Shown: positions 36,258 through 50,600 of the stretch, one piece after another | Layout: every line of letters starts with the position of its first letter | Numbering within the stretch: position 1 is the stretch's first letter | Assembly: GCA_016748015.1 (NCBI GenBank) | Contig: JAAOMT010000480.1 | Span: 744,001-808,000 of the forward strand | DNA: 64,000 nt | Direction of reading: 5' to 3' | From: Geosiphon pyriformis uo1 | Lineage: Eukaryota > Fungi > Glomeromycota | Program-made: the position numbers and the translations under genes | Notes under the pieces: generated by a model | Databases searched by the model: none | Seen by the model: only the letters and a program-made list of their open reading frames with translations | What the model was told of the DNA's origin: nothing

Positions 36258-38547
36258 CCAGTTTGGTTAAGGCTTAGTTTGATGTCAAGTTTTTTTCTAA
36301 TATGATGTTAAAAAAACTATTTTAGATAAACAGTTTTTGTATTTGGTCTTGGCAGTTCTACAGCTCATTGTTGGCTATTATACTTAATTCAGTTTTATTC
36401 TTTCTGCTGTTTGCCAGTGTTGAAATGTTTTGATTAAAAAAAGTTTTAAGTCAAAAACTGAACTGCTCCATGATTTTCCAAATAAAGTACTGTATTATTC
36501 TTTATTGTATAGTCTAAAAATGTTTGAGCAGATTTAGACTAAAAAAAAGTCAGCTTTGGTTGTTATTTTTGCTAATGCTTCTGGAATTTTTGGTTGGCTT
36601 TTTAAGCACAGATTTTTAGATTTATAAGTTTTGGGCTGGACTTCTCTAAACTCCTTACAATATCCAGTGCAGTTGCATATTAGTTTTTTAAACAATTTTT
36701 TGGCTGAAATTGTGTGTGTGTTTTTAGACAATAGTATTTCTATAACAAACAATTTGTCTTGTGCTTTTTTTTGTTTTGGTAGATTTTTTGTTTTGAGTGT
36801 TTTGGGACCATTATTGTATTATAATTATGTTAATTCCTTAAAGAGATTTGGTGTGGTTTTTTGTGATAAACTTTTGAACAAATATGGTAAAGTTTTAGAT
36901 TAAAAACCATTCTAATGTTAAAAGAGATTAAATCCTAGAAAATTTGTGCTCTCTTGGTTTGTTTTAATGTCAAAGTTTTTACATAATTCTGTGCCTATGT
37001 CAGTGTTTTTTAACAAGATTTCTGTGTTGGATGTTAATAATATTTTGTTATTTGGTCAGTTTTTTGATATTAAGAATAGTCTGCTTGAGATCTGGTCAAA
37101 TAATTTTACTGTATATATAAATAGTTTTTTAAAAGGGCTCAGTTCTATTAATATGACTGGAAGTGTTGTTGCCTTCTTTTTTGAGATTGATTTGAACATT
37201 AGAGTTAGAGTTAATGGGTTTTTGTCTTCTATAATGGCTGAATTACAGACTATTGCTTTAGTCTTAGAATATATGTGCTCTTTTTGTTTAGTGATGGTGT
37301 GTTTGGACAGTTAGACTGCATTGGATGCATGTGTTTCAGAGTTGAAGTTATCTGGTTCTGATTTTCATAGTAGTTGTTGGATAGAAAAGAAACATATTGC
37401 AAATTTAATTATTAATAAGGACATTTTTGTGGTCTGGTCAAAGATCAAAAACCACTCAAAAATTTTGAGTAATATTTACACAGATACTTTAGTGGAGGTA
37501 GCTGCTCATTTTTTTTTGCTGTTGTTGACTAATATGTATAAATGCTTTATTGTGGCTAATAGTCTGTCAATTTCTGGTAATATTCATCATTTTGTTTGGA
37601 ACATTTTTAGATTGGTAAATTATGTGCATTAGAAAATTGGTCCTGGTTCTAGGATTTTAGGTGACTTTTTGGTTTGTAATATTGATTGGGTCTATACTAT
37701 AACAGTTTGGCATTCAAATTCACATATGCTGTTAGAGTTTACAAGTAGAGCTTCAGCTAACTTGTACACTTATTTTATAAAGACTGTCTATAAAAAACTG
37801 CCTATTGTTATTAGAAAAAAGCTTTACAACAAATGTTATCCTGGTGTTTTATGTTTACATTGTAGAGAGGTTGAGTTTTTCAATTATGTGTTTATGTGTT
37901 TATGTGTTGTAAAGAGTTTGTTTTTCATAAGACAATTTTGTTTAAGCATATTTTAATTTAAAGATCTTTGGCTGGTTTTTGTCTTCTTACCCCTTCTGTG
38001 GTTGTGGAATCTCTTTTTTTATGTTTATTTGATGTTAGTCTGTATGCAATTTTTTACAAAAACTTTGTGCTTATGGGGTGGTTTAAAGAGGCAGTGCAGA
38101 TTTTTGAAGATCATAAAGAGGCTTCTTAGATCTTAGTTGATTTTGCACATGATTTGGGTGTACAACACTGTTCTGAACTGTGAGAATTCAGATTTAGGTT
38201 TAGAGTGAATATGAAGAGAAACAATTTAATTGGTGATTCAGGAGTAGTATCTGTGATATCTGTTGGTTCAGTGTCAGTTCTATTGAATAATGTGATTAGA
38301 TTGATTGGTATTAATAATTCCTTTAGAATTAGTTTTGGTTTCTATTCACTTTGCTTGTTTTTTTCTGGTTTTGGTGATAAAGCTACTGTTTGTATAAGGG
38401 CTTAGTGTTGTGTTGTGTTGTTTTGATTAGTTTGAGTGATTAATTACATGTAGTAAATGCATAAATTATGTCTAGCTGGAGTTTATAGCTTTAATTTTGT
38501 ATATTAGATAGTAATTAGACTACATTCATAAAATATTAATAAAAATA

Positions 38548-39805
38548 AAATAAACAATTAGAATATTTTTTTGACATATATAACAACAAATCTGTTTTTA
38601 TTTAAGTTTAAAAAACAAAAATTAGATTTATACTTAAGAATTAATAATGTATTAAAAGAATATACAAAAAAAACATAACTAAAAATTTTATATATTAAAC
38701 AAAAAATAAATTTAATTTTGTTTATTTTAAATTAAAATTTTTAAAAACTAGAATTTTTAAAAACTAAAAAAAAAACCAAAGCTAATATTATATTGTTTCT
38801 AAAATTAAAGCAAATAAGGATCTATTTAATTTACATCTACATAATAAAATAATAATTAATAAAATTTATAAAATTTTACAGATTATATATTATTGTTCTT
38901 ATTAATAAAATATAAAGCAAAGTTTTATCCATATTTTTGATGTTCTATAATGTTTTATTAATATTAGTTTTGATTATATAAATGGTATTTTTGTTAATTA
39001 AAATAAACTATATAAAAGCTAAAAAATTAGTTTATTATAATTAACAAATTCAATTAGTGTTTTTTGTTACAATTTAATTAATTGTATTTTAATTAACTTA
39101 ATTTTTTCGAATTTAGTTAGTGTTGTATATACAGCTATCTTAAATGTTTTTATTAAATTTTTTTTGATTATTATAACCCAATTTATGTAATTATTTACTA
39201 AGTATTTAAGATTAGTATTTATCTTAATTTTATTGTTTTTTATTAAATTTAACACTTTTAACACAATTTTTTCTGAAATAAAAATAATATAAATAATTTT
39301 ATTGAATTTTGAAAATATAAAAACCTTTCTAAAACTATTTATATTTGAAAAAATTTTCTTAACAAATTTAAACTTGTGTTGAAAATTTTGTTTTTAACTT
39401 AAAAAATTATAATTTAAAACCAAAAACTTTTTAATAAGAACTTTAATTTTGATTTTGAATAAAACAAAAAAAAAACTCAGTATTTTCATCTATTTTAAAA
39501 CAAAATAAACCAAAAAAAAACTATTTATTATATTAATATAAAATATTTAAATTTAATTTAAAAAATAATAATAAGTTAATTTTAAAGTTTAATTTAATTA
39601 AAAGCAAAACAAATTTAATTATAAAAAACTAAATTAAAAAATATTATTACTTATAAAATAAAGCAAAAAATAATAATAGAAAAAATAATATAAATAGTCA
39701 ATAACAGATTATAAAATTATTAAAACATATAATATTAAGAATTTTAAGAATATTAATAAAAATTCCAAAAATATATAGTATTTCCAAAAAGTAATGACAA
39801 AATAA
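38548..39805 (-). mobile_element. Fossil LINE R1, piece 1 (5' end and ORF1); right boundary approximate
   Basis: ORF 39067-39264 INTNLKYLVNNYINWVIIIKK..TKFEKIKLIKIQLIKL aligns with LINE-a VNTDLKRPVNNRTNQAIVLKE..AKFGIIKSIKMQLVGL. Confidence 0.8.
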
Positions 39806-39836
39806 CTTTTATAATACAGAATTTTTATTATAATTT

Positions 39837-40523
39837 TTTTTTTATTGCTTAACGAATGAGGTCTAAACACTACCTATAACAATACATCAAAGAAATAATC
39901 TAAACTAGGTGTAAATCATGTATTTTCTACATATGACCAGCCATTTAGGCTGACTAGGACAATACTATACAGGTATATATACTGAGACAGAGGCACCAAT
40001 GTCTAAAAAAAATGAACAATGCTTTCGATAACCAAAACTTATGCCAAATATCTTAGCAACACCAAGCAACTTGATCACACCAGCCAAAAACCCTGAAGCC
40101 AGACCAGAAACCAAGACAACAGCTGAACCATCCAGGGGAATCAGCCCCTTTTTCTTTATGTAGGCCTGATGTTTGACACAAACTAGCCAGATGTCATTTC
40201 TGAAAGCAAGACAGAGAGAATGCACAAACTCAACAACTTTCATACTAGCAATTTTGGAATTATGAAAGATAGAAACAGTCTTCTGAAGCCAGCCATTAAA
40301 AACAAAATCCTTACAGAGAACCATGGACACAAAGGTATCAGAAGTGCATGACAACAAAAGCTGCAACACACATGAAAAAAATTGAAATAGGCCAGAAATC
40401 AACTTCTAAAAAGTCACATGGGCATTCAAAATCCATCAATAAGCAGAACTGTCAGTGTTACATGAGAAAGCATGATCTGATATTTCCACAAAACCACAAT
40501 ATAAACACAGCACACTAAGATAG
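39837..40523 (-). mobile_element. LINE-d: short 5'-truncated LINE (ORF2 C-terminus, 3'UTR, poly-A)
   Basis: CLYCGFVEISDHAFSC; ORF 39965-40402; 3'UTR hairpin; T-run ~39834-39843; possible low-complexity TSD TATAATTT. Confidence 0.88.
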
Positions 40524-41854
40524 TATAATTTAATTAACTATTATTAAAATATTTTAAGTAATAATTTGTATATATGTATATTTTATACTATTATTTTTAT
40601 TTTTTATAATAAAAAATAATTTTGTAAAATTTAATTATAAAGTTATTAAGAGATTTTAACAACAAAATTATCAAAATTCAACCAAAATATTTCGAAAAAC
40701 CAATTTTTTTTATTTATAAACAATATATATAACAATTTTATAAAAACAATCAAATTCAAGCAATTTATTATTCAGATTATTACAAAAAACTACCAAAAAT
40801 ACATTATCAGATTGGAAAATTGTAAATTAAAATTATTTTACTATAACAATTAAAATTAAGACACAATTTACAAAAACATATTTTGAGATTAAAATAAGTA
40901 AACAGACTATTTACAATAAACTTTTTAGGCTTAATTATATAATTGTTTTATTAAGACATATATTTTTATTTACTAAATAAACTAAACAAAACTAATTAGT
41001 ATAAGCTTAAAAATATTCTAATTATAATTAGTACAAAATAGTATTTTTAGATAAAACAACTTTACAAATATTTTAAATTATTTGTTTGGCTTGGTTTTAT
41101 TTAAATAAATCTATTGTATTAATGATATTATAAAATTTTCAATAAAAAATTTATATTACAATATAACTAGTATATATAAACAACAATATTAGATTTTTTA
41201 AAACATATTTTAAAAAATATTTATACAAATTATAAGATATGACTGTTAAATTGTGTTTTGTTTTGGCTATTATATAGTTTAGATCTTAATTTAATTAAGA
41301 ATATTTGAACTATTTTTAAACAAAATATTAAAAAAAAATTAAAATAATAATAATACACAAAAAATAGCTTTTAAGTAATTTTTATTACAATAATAGAAAA
41401 AAATAAAATAATTTGTTTAATAATATCATTTTTAATTGTATTATTAATATGTAAAATTAAATTCAAAATTGTATTAATAAAAAAAACAATATTTAATTTT
41501 TTGTATATAAATTTTTATTTATATATTTATTAAATATTAAATTTAAACAAAAATTATTATGTATAAAAAAATAAAAAAATAAAAAAATCTTATTATAACT
41601 TTTTAAAAAAACTATAGAAAAAATAGTAAAAAAGAAAAAAACAAACAAATTAAATTAAAGACAAGTCTAATTTTTATTTTATTATGTAAACTTTTATAGT
41701 TAATATTTAAATACTTAAAGTTTATAATTATTTTAATAAATTTACAAAATTATATTATTTAATTACAATTTTATAAATTTATATTTATCTTATTAAAATT
41801 CAATTACTTTTATTTTGATGTTATTAAACATAATAATAAAAAAAATTATATTAA

Positions 41855-44652
41855 TATTATAAGTAAAGTCCAAACACTATCTAGTACAATACATTATATG
41901 ATTAATCTAAACTAGGTGTAAATCATGTATTTTTTACATGTAACCAGCCATTCAGGTTAGTCAAAACAATACTAAACATCTATATGAACAAAGATCACAT
42001 CCTCTATATTTGAAAAAAACAAACAAAATTTATAAAGACCAAAACCAACACCAATAGCTTCAGCCACACCCAACAATTTAACTACATTAGTTAAAAGCAT
42101 TAAAAAAAGTCCAAAAACTAAAACAGAAATGGATCTATCATGTAAGATTAGTCTATTTTTTTTTATAAAAGCTCTGTGTTTAACACAAACCAACCAAAAT
42201 TTGTTCCAAAATGTTAGGCAAAACTTATGCACAAAATTGACAATATTTCAACTTGTTACTTTGAGATCCTTGAAAATAGAAACAAATTCATAATACCAAT
42301 CATTGAAAACAAAGCCCTTATACAAAGTCATATTAATTACAATATCAGAAGCACAGATAGATAACAGCTGTAAAACACAAGAAAAAGAGCAAAAATAATC
42401 AGAAAGTGCTCCCAAGCAGTTATATGAGCATCCAATAATCAAACACGACCAGCAGCATCAAAAGCACAAGAAAAAACATGGTCTGAGACCTCCACTTTAT
42501 CACAGAACAAACATATTACACTGAGATAGCTTTTGTCATATAGTCACTTATACAATGTAACAAGTAGCTGATAATATAGAGCTTTCATAAGATATGTGTA
42601 GAACCTAGTAAAACATTTGCTAATGAAACCAACAGCCATATGAAAATCAGAATACCATACTAAAGACAACTTAAACCAATCAATATCCATACATAGACTA
42701 TTCAACACAATCCAGAAGCCAGAGTCAACCTCCCAATGTACATAATAAACTAACCAAAATATCCCACAAACAAAATACCTAAAGTTGCCAGAAACTGTAT
42801 CACCATTAGCCCTAATATAATGCTTACCAACCAAATATGGAAAGTGCCAACTAAAAAGAACAACAGCTCTGACAAACATATTAACATGTATATTACCTAA
42901 AACACCCAAGTGACTCTTAATTTTGTGCCAATTAATGTCCAAATTTTTATATCAGATAACATTTACAATATGGTAGTGTTTGATCCAACAACAATTTCTG
43001 AAATCTGAACAAGCCAAACTCAATTCCGACCTACAACTATCTAAAGCAGCCTGGCTGTCCAAATACAGATTAACTAAACAAGATAAAAAAATACATTCAA
43101 GAGCCAAAGCAATGGCCTGCAACTCCACCATAATGGAAAACATTAAACCAAAGACCCCAACACCCAAACCCAAATCTACATTCTTGAAAAAAACCACAGC
43201 ACCAGTTTTTATGTCCAAAGTTCTTAAACCACATAAAGATCTATTCATATAAACCAAAAGTTGATCAGCTTTGGCACCCAAAAGACTGTTACAAATGACT
43301 TTAAACTTATGAGACTTAAGAACATTCAAAAAACCACAGCTGCCCAGAGATGAAAAGTAGACAAAAAGAGGAATTACACCACAAAAAAAATAAGCAGAAA
43401 GCTTAAACCAAACAAGAACTGGGCCATGAGAGTCCAATCACTTCTACTGCTTAAAGATCTTCCAATCAAAAACAGTACTTTTACAGTTGTGAAGCTGTTC
43501 TATGAAGACAATTCCATAATACCAAAGTAAAAAAAGATATTTAAAATAATTCAAATTACCAAAAACAAGAGACATAGAAGTCCTATTACAAAATTTAAAG
43601 ACATTGGCCATAGGAACATTCAAGAACAGATCATATCCAGAAAAAATACAGACCACACCTGCCAAAAAATTATTCAAAGCATTGACTTTGATACAAACTG
43701 GAGATTACAAAGAGTGGATTAGATACCAGCTAAGAACCTGCAGATCATGTGACCTGTGAGAAAACAGTTAACCCAGAATTCCAACAAAGTTTGTAAAAGA
43801 AACAACAGCAGCCAATTTGCTCTTAGCTTGAATTTTTTCAAATGTTTTCAGATCATATAAAAAAGAATAATGAATAGTATTGTTAGAAAAATTGAGTGGC
43901 AAACCAGATTTAGACTTTAAATTCTTGCAAATTAAAGTGTTCTATTTAATACATGTGCCAATAGAAATGTAACTGAATTGAGTTTTATAACTAATAATAG
44001 GATAGAAGACTACAGATACCAAATATACAAACTGCTTATTAGAGATTGCTTTTCTTAAAACTAGATTAATAAAAAACTGGATATTTAAATGAGCTTTAAC
44101 CAAGCTAAGCTTCAACAAACTCTCAGAAAATAAAAAAATTCCCAAGTAATAATAAAATTCCCCATTTTTTAGTAATAGAAATAGGCAAGCCACTAACAGT
44201 TAAAGATGGATTTGCAACTCTACAGTTAATAAAAATGGCTACAATCTTGTTATTGTTAATTGAAATATTATTGAACTAAAAAAATTCACTGGTGATATTG
44301 AAAATATGTTGTGTAGTAGTTTGGCTACTATCAACCCAGATTGTATCATTAACAAAAGCACCAGCAATAAGAAAAGATGTCATTCCAGCCTAAGATTCCA
44401 CTTGACCAGTCTTAGCAACAAAATAAAAGTTTAATCTGTAACTACACATGTTTTCTTGTCTCTTGACCTCACATAAGAGTAGATCATAAAATATGTGTCA
44501 AAAAAAAGATAAAAAAACATTTCCTTAATCCAACCCATCATAAACTTGATACTCATTAGTTAAACTAAAATCTGTCATCACTTTGTTGACACAAATATTG
44601 TGAATACCACAAAAAAATCTAATGAACTTGTTATACATTTTGATCCTAATTA
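41855..44652 (-). mobile_element. LINE-e: 5'-truncated LINE (RT C-half, RNase H, CCHC, 3'UTR)
   Basis: AFVND, YLDSQAALD, HLGVLGN; ORF2 ends 41972; conserved 3'UTR. Confidence 0.88.
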
Positions 44653-47600
44653 TATCATTCAAGCCTAAAAAAAATAGACAATTACAGTATAAACCAAAAT
44701 ATATGTTTCAAATCTTATTGACACTAAGTAATACAATCATTCTATTACTTAAATTCCTTATATTGTGGATATCAAAAGAAAAAACACTATTATTAACAGA
44801 TATTAAATCTTTTTTTTCTATATTAGCTCTGTATTTGGATTAGTAACATTATATTTTAAATCTGTAGAACAATATCAATTTTTTTACAAATGTTACAATT
44901 TGAGCACCAGTTAGTTTTGAATTACTAAAAATTACCATAAATTCGAACATAAAACTCTTAACTAAAGTGAAATACAAACCAATGTTCTCTTTACAATAAG
45001 ACAAATCTCAGATAATATTAGAAGATAATCTAACAAAACCAAGTATAGACTTTTATTTCTATTTAAACTTAGATAAAATACTATCATGAACAATGTTGTT
45101 ATAAATACATTCAAAAACATGATCAAAAGTGTTAGTTTTATCACAAATCATGCATCTTATGCTCAGATACAAAGTGCTATATAGGCATTTTCGAACAGTC
45201 ACTAATAAATGTCTATGTATGGCTTTCATAAAATAAGTTTACAGAGAAGCTAAAAAGTGGTTTGTAGAGCCAGATGTCATATTCTTATTAAGATATCAGA
45301 CCTTAGCAGTTCTCTTCTAATCTATTTTGAGAATATTGTAATCATTCTCTATCTTAGAACCTGATCTACTTTTTCATTTTGTATAATACAAGGTTCTATA
45401 AAAATTTTTAACATAGTGATGAATGTTGTAGAAAAGTGCCAAATTATCTAACAACACATAAAGTTTATACACAAATATGAGGAGAACTGAATTAAGAAAG
45501 AGGTGAAAGCATTGGTATGTTTATTTTCTACAATACCAGTGTGATTCTTGATCTTGACTCAGGACATTGTAAGTCTCTTTTTACAAATCAAATTTATTAT
45601 CTAACAATGTTCTATTTATAAGCTTTTTTTGAAATCTGGCAAAACCAGTTTAGATTTATTAATACACACACAAATACCAGCTTGGCTGTTTGAATAGACT
45701 GCCATGCTATGTTTAATAAAAACACAAGCTAGCACAAGTAAAATAGTTTTTAGTTCAGTCAAAGTTGACAATATAATGTCATAAATTTTAATTCCAAGAC
45801 CAAAGTCAATGTTAGTAGCATTCCCAATAGCAGAAGTTGTTTCAAAATTTTCTACAGATCCATTAGTATACACATTAAAAGAACTTAAACCAGACTCTAG
45901 TAATATCTGTCTGGTATTACAAACCCAAATAACAATATTAGAGTCAAGAATATAATATTAAAAGATTGAAATATAATACTGGTTGTAGTTAATCTGTTCT
46001 TCAAAAATCTGATGGCAGAGCCAAACCAGTCTGAGATCAGTTTTTGCAGATCCAGATGTTTTCAATATTTAAAGTACCTTTAGTCAAAACAAATTTTATT
46101 TTTGTTTAATAATTGCTTTACAAAAGCTATATCATAATATTTTAATAAATAAGCAATCTAAAAAAAATTTACATCTTCAAGAATGTCGGAAATTGGCATA
46201 CTACTAATGAAGTAAAATGTGTTTGGCAGAGCATTAGAAAAAAAAAAGCCACAAAACAAAAATTTTTTCATGATTTCGGCTAAAAAATTATTCTTAGGAC
46301 TAATTTTCTATCTAAAAAAATGATGCAAAAGATAAATTAATAGCCAATTGAAAATTTGTAAATTTAAACAATGGTAGACAAAAAGTTTACCAAGAATACC
46401 TAAAGCATTTGCAAAACTCATAACAGAAGACAATTTACTCTTAGCTTGAACTTGGCCAAAAGTTTTTATATTATAAAAAGATAAGTGTAACAAAGTATTT
46501 ATAAGAAAATCACATGGAAGATTGGCTTTGATCTTAAACCATTTTCTAATCATAGCATTCTATTTAGCACATACAATATCAGAGATATAACTAAATTGCA
46601 TTCTGTAATAAACAATGGGTTGTAACACTGAAGAAACCAGATAGCAAAATTGTTTATTAGATATTACTTTGTGCAAAACCACATTTGAAAAAAAACAAAC
46701 ATCTAAATTGGCTTTAAATAAACTAGGCTTTAAAAGTCTCTCTGTTGATAAAAATATGTTCAGATATTGGTAAGCTTTGTTCTTCTTAGCAATTGTTATT
46801 AGTAAGCCACTAATAAGCAAAGAAGTATTTCTGATTTTCTGATTGATAAAAATGGCAACAGTTTTCTTATTGTTTATAAAAATATTATTGAAAGCAAAAA
46901 ACTCACTTGTTATGTTTAAAATATATTGTGTAGCAATTTGACTGCTATTAATTCAGATGGTGTTATCCACAAAAGTTCTAGTTATTAGATAAGTAGTTAA
47001 ACTAGATTGAGCTTTTACTTTACCAAATTTTGTTACAAGTTTAGAATTAATTCTGTATTTATACAAGTGCTCCTGCCTTTTGACTTTACACAAAAGTAGA
47101 TCATAAAAAATATGTCAAAAAAGTGATAAGAAAATTTCACTCTAATCAAGCCCATTGTGTACTTTGTAGTTATCAGTCAGGCCAAAATTCATTATTATCT
47201 TGTTTGTTCTGTTCAAATAAATATTTTCAAAAAACCTGATAAATCTGCCACATATTTTGATACAACCTAAACAAACTCTTAAATAATGTTATCTTATTAA
47301 ATTATATGTCTTATGCATATTCTGCAAAACCAATCACAGTTTCTGGCTCTTTTTTAACGTGTTTTTTATAATAAAACTGACAATAAACACAGGAGATTGA
47401 GTCAATATGCTCTTTAAAACAAAAAATTATTATTACAGAGGACATTAAATTTACTGCAAGTTAAAAAAATGTGGTCAGATAAAATCTTGGATAAAATCTT
47501 TTTCACTGTTTTAATAAATACAATTAGTCATGTGTTCATAAAGACTCTATTCTATTCATAAAGCTTGGGGATCATTAAAACCTAAGCATTTTTTTAGAAT

Positions 47601-50600
47601 TGAAGAATGTCTCCACTTAATATACATGTGTTTAACAGATTTAAAAAACATGCCAGCACAGAGCCATTACAATGCTTTCAGAGTTCATTGTTACAGGTAA
47701 TTATTTGGAGTCTTAAAGCAAATAACAAACCTGTAACTTGGTGCTTGATTGATATAATAATGTTGGTCTCTAAAGGTTTTTGTGATCTTAAAGATTTTGG
47801 TTAAGCTCTTTGTATAATGAACAGAGATTTACTATGATTAGTTTTGGTTGATTTCTTAAGTCATTTTCCCAATTTTTGTCTTTAGTGTGATGGCCAATTT
47901 AATTTGGTAGTCATGCTCTTCTGGTAAGCTATCCATTAATATATATATAATTCTACTCTTATTTCTGGGTTTTTTATCAGGCTATCCGTGACATTAATAA
48001 CTCAGTACTTTAATCTTTTAATCAATTAGTACACAACAAACAAAATAAAAAATAAAAAAATAAAAGAAAATAAAAGAAAATAAAAAAGTTAAGCCAAGGC
48101 AATTAAGTTAGTATTCCATCAATAGTCATGATTAAGAACTATTGTTCTAATGTGGTTAAGTATTAATTACTATTAACATAAAGTGTTGATAATAAGATGT
48201 AGATTGAGATATTAAATAATTATTTATTAATATTTATGATATAAAAGATTGTTTTAATTAAATCTAAATTAAGAGGTCTATTTTTTCTACTTCTAACACT
48301 ATTACTATATATACATAATTAAGATTTCTCAATTTCTCAATTTTTTACACCAAAAATCCTAGAATTCCTAGAATTCTGCAATTTTTTTAAAAGAATTTTG
48401 AAATTTCTGAAATCCTGCAATTCCTCTGAGAAAAATCTTGGAATTCTATATTTACTACATCTACTTTTGATTGGCTATTTTATATACTAATATTTTTTCT
48501 ATATTCTACAAGTAATATTATTCAAAATGCCCAAAATACTAACAGTTTTGTTAACAGATAAGTTTTTAATTGTTAAAACTAAATCATTTAAATTAATTTT
48601 GTTTATTGTACCAGAAAAAATATTATCTTCTATATAGCTCAGAAAAGCATATTAAAAAGACTACAGATTAGATTGCATAGCAGACATTTTGTGCTTTCTT
48701 ATTCAATTAACTATAATTTTATTAACTTTGAATTTAATTTTCTTTGGATCCAAGATTAACTTATTACTAACTAACAAGTAGTTTAATACTATTTTGTAAA
48801 ATAGGCAATTCAGAATACTCTTAATTATACTACCTTTGTCTGAACAAAATTTCTCCATGTGTTTGTTAATAGCTTTGATAATTAATGCTTTTTTAGCCAA
48901 CTCTAATTTATGATATTTGGATTAATAATAATTCTTTTTGCATAATAACAAATGTTTGAGAATATCTGTAAAATTTGCTTTTTTATAGATGATATTATTA
49001 ATCACAATAGCTTTTTTATTATTAAGAGTCAACTATATTCTAACAAGATAAGCAAATTTTGAACTGTTATTTAAACTTAAGACTTTAATTATCTTTACAA
49101 CTAACAATTCAAGCTTGTAGAATTTAGAAAATTGCTTGTTTCTTAAACAATCAAAAACATTGAATTATTGTTTAGAGAAGATTGAATTCACCAAATTCAT
49201 CATTACTTCTTGCAAATTTTTTTACATAGAATCCAAACTGCCAAGTTTTTTCACATTTGCAAATTTATCTAAAGTTGTTAACATATTAGTAAAAGAGAGT
49301 TTCTTAAACCATGACCATTTGCTAATACTTATATTCTTAATCTTGAATCTTCAATAGTCTTAATTAACACTTTTACATATGTAATTCTAAAAAACCACTC
49401 AAACCAACCAAGACTAAAACAGCTTTATAATTAGTATTAAAAAAATCTGATGTAAAACTCACTCTATGCTCAATAATTATTAAAAACAAATTATCATTAA
49501 CAAAAATATAATCAATAGTCTTTTTAACACCTTTAAAATTGTTTTAAGTAGAAGCTTTGGCCAAAAAATACTCACAAAATGAATTAATCAAACCTAGATC
49601 TGCACAAAATTTGAAATTTGTATTCTTCTTAGAATTATCCTTGTTGAAATTCTTATCTAATATCATAAAAATACTAAAAACAACTGCCTTGGCTATAAAA
49701 AAATTGATCTTAGATGTTTAACCAAACCTAGTTTTGGTAAAAATATCAGCATACAAATCCAAAATCATAACAAATAGCTTTTCTTTAAACAACAATCTAA
49801 CTGAAATAACTTGACTGAAGATCTTTTCCATCTTAGACACATGACAGATCAAAGAACTATTAATGATTAAAGCCACTCCAACACCAAAAAAATTCTTTTT
49901 CAAATCAGATATAAAAACTCACATCTCATCAAACTTGTTCATAATCTATGATTTAGTATTAAATTTCAATTTTGTTTCTATGGCAATAGAAATTATATTA
50001 CTTAAGCTTTTGTGCCAGTATACAACATCTTCTTGCTTAGTTAGTACATTGATGCTATGAATATTACACATAGCAATTTTTCAAATTAACTTACTTATTA
50101 AGATAAAAAAACCACCAACAAACCTAAACCAATACACAACTGATCTAACTTCATTAAAACTAAACCAACAGAAGCTTTAAGGGCCACCAATTTTGTTTTT
50201 AAACTGCACATCTTGATAGTTAAGATTTTTGAACTGCTTAAACCCAAAGCTAAGACTTTAGAATTAACAAGAAGAGAAGATAAAAGCATCATCTTAGAAT
50301 TATTCAAAATTATATTCAAAGCTAAATTCAAATCAGCAGCTATTGAGGTATCCAAAACATGAAAAAAAGAAAAGGAAGCTAAAGATACCAATTTTATGTC
50401 ATTGAATTTGTGCACTATGCTGAAAACTTGATTTATCAAGAGCTTTAAGAAGTGTTCTAAAGATGCCAAATAAATGTTCAAAGTGAAAGTATCAGTGAAG
50501 ATGGGAGGATAATAACTACTAAAACCTAAAACATCAAATAAAAGAGAGCCAAAACCAGAATTAACAAACAATTTAAAAGATAAAGAAACTGTTGAGACTA

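Larger units (their letters stand above)
11249..38547 (+). mobile_element. LINE-c: full-length, heavily decayed LINE split by three LTR insertions (segments 11249-12107, 21884-23753, 24626-26428, 36258-38547)
   Basis: Reading frames rejoin after removing inserts and one TSD copy (KIPINT|PKNMIVA; NRNC|*KFK; SKLS|LVKA). ORF1 from ~11372, junction TAATAAGT ~22997-23004, ORF2 ends 38405, then 3'UTR. TSD AAATAAACAA at 11239-11248 and 38548-38557. Confidence 0.9.
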
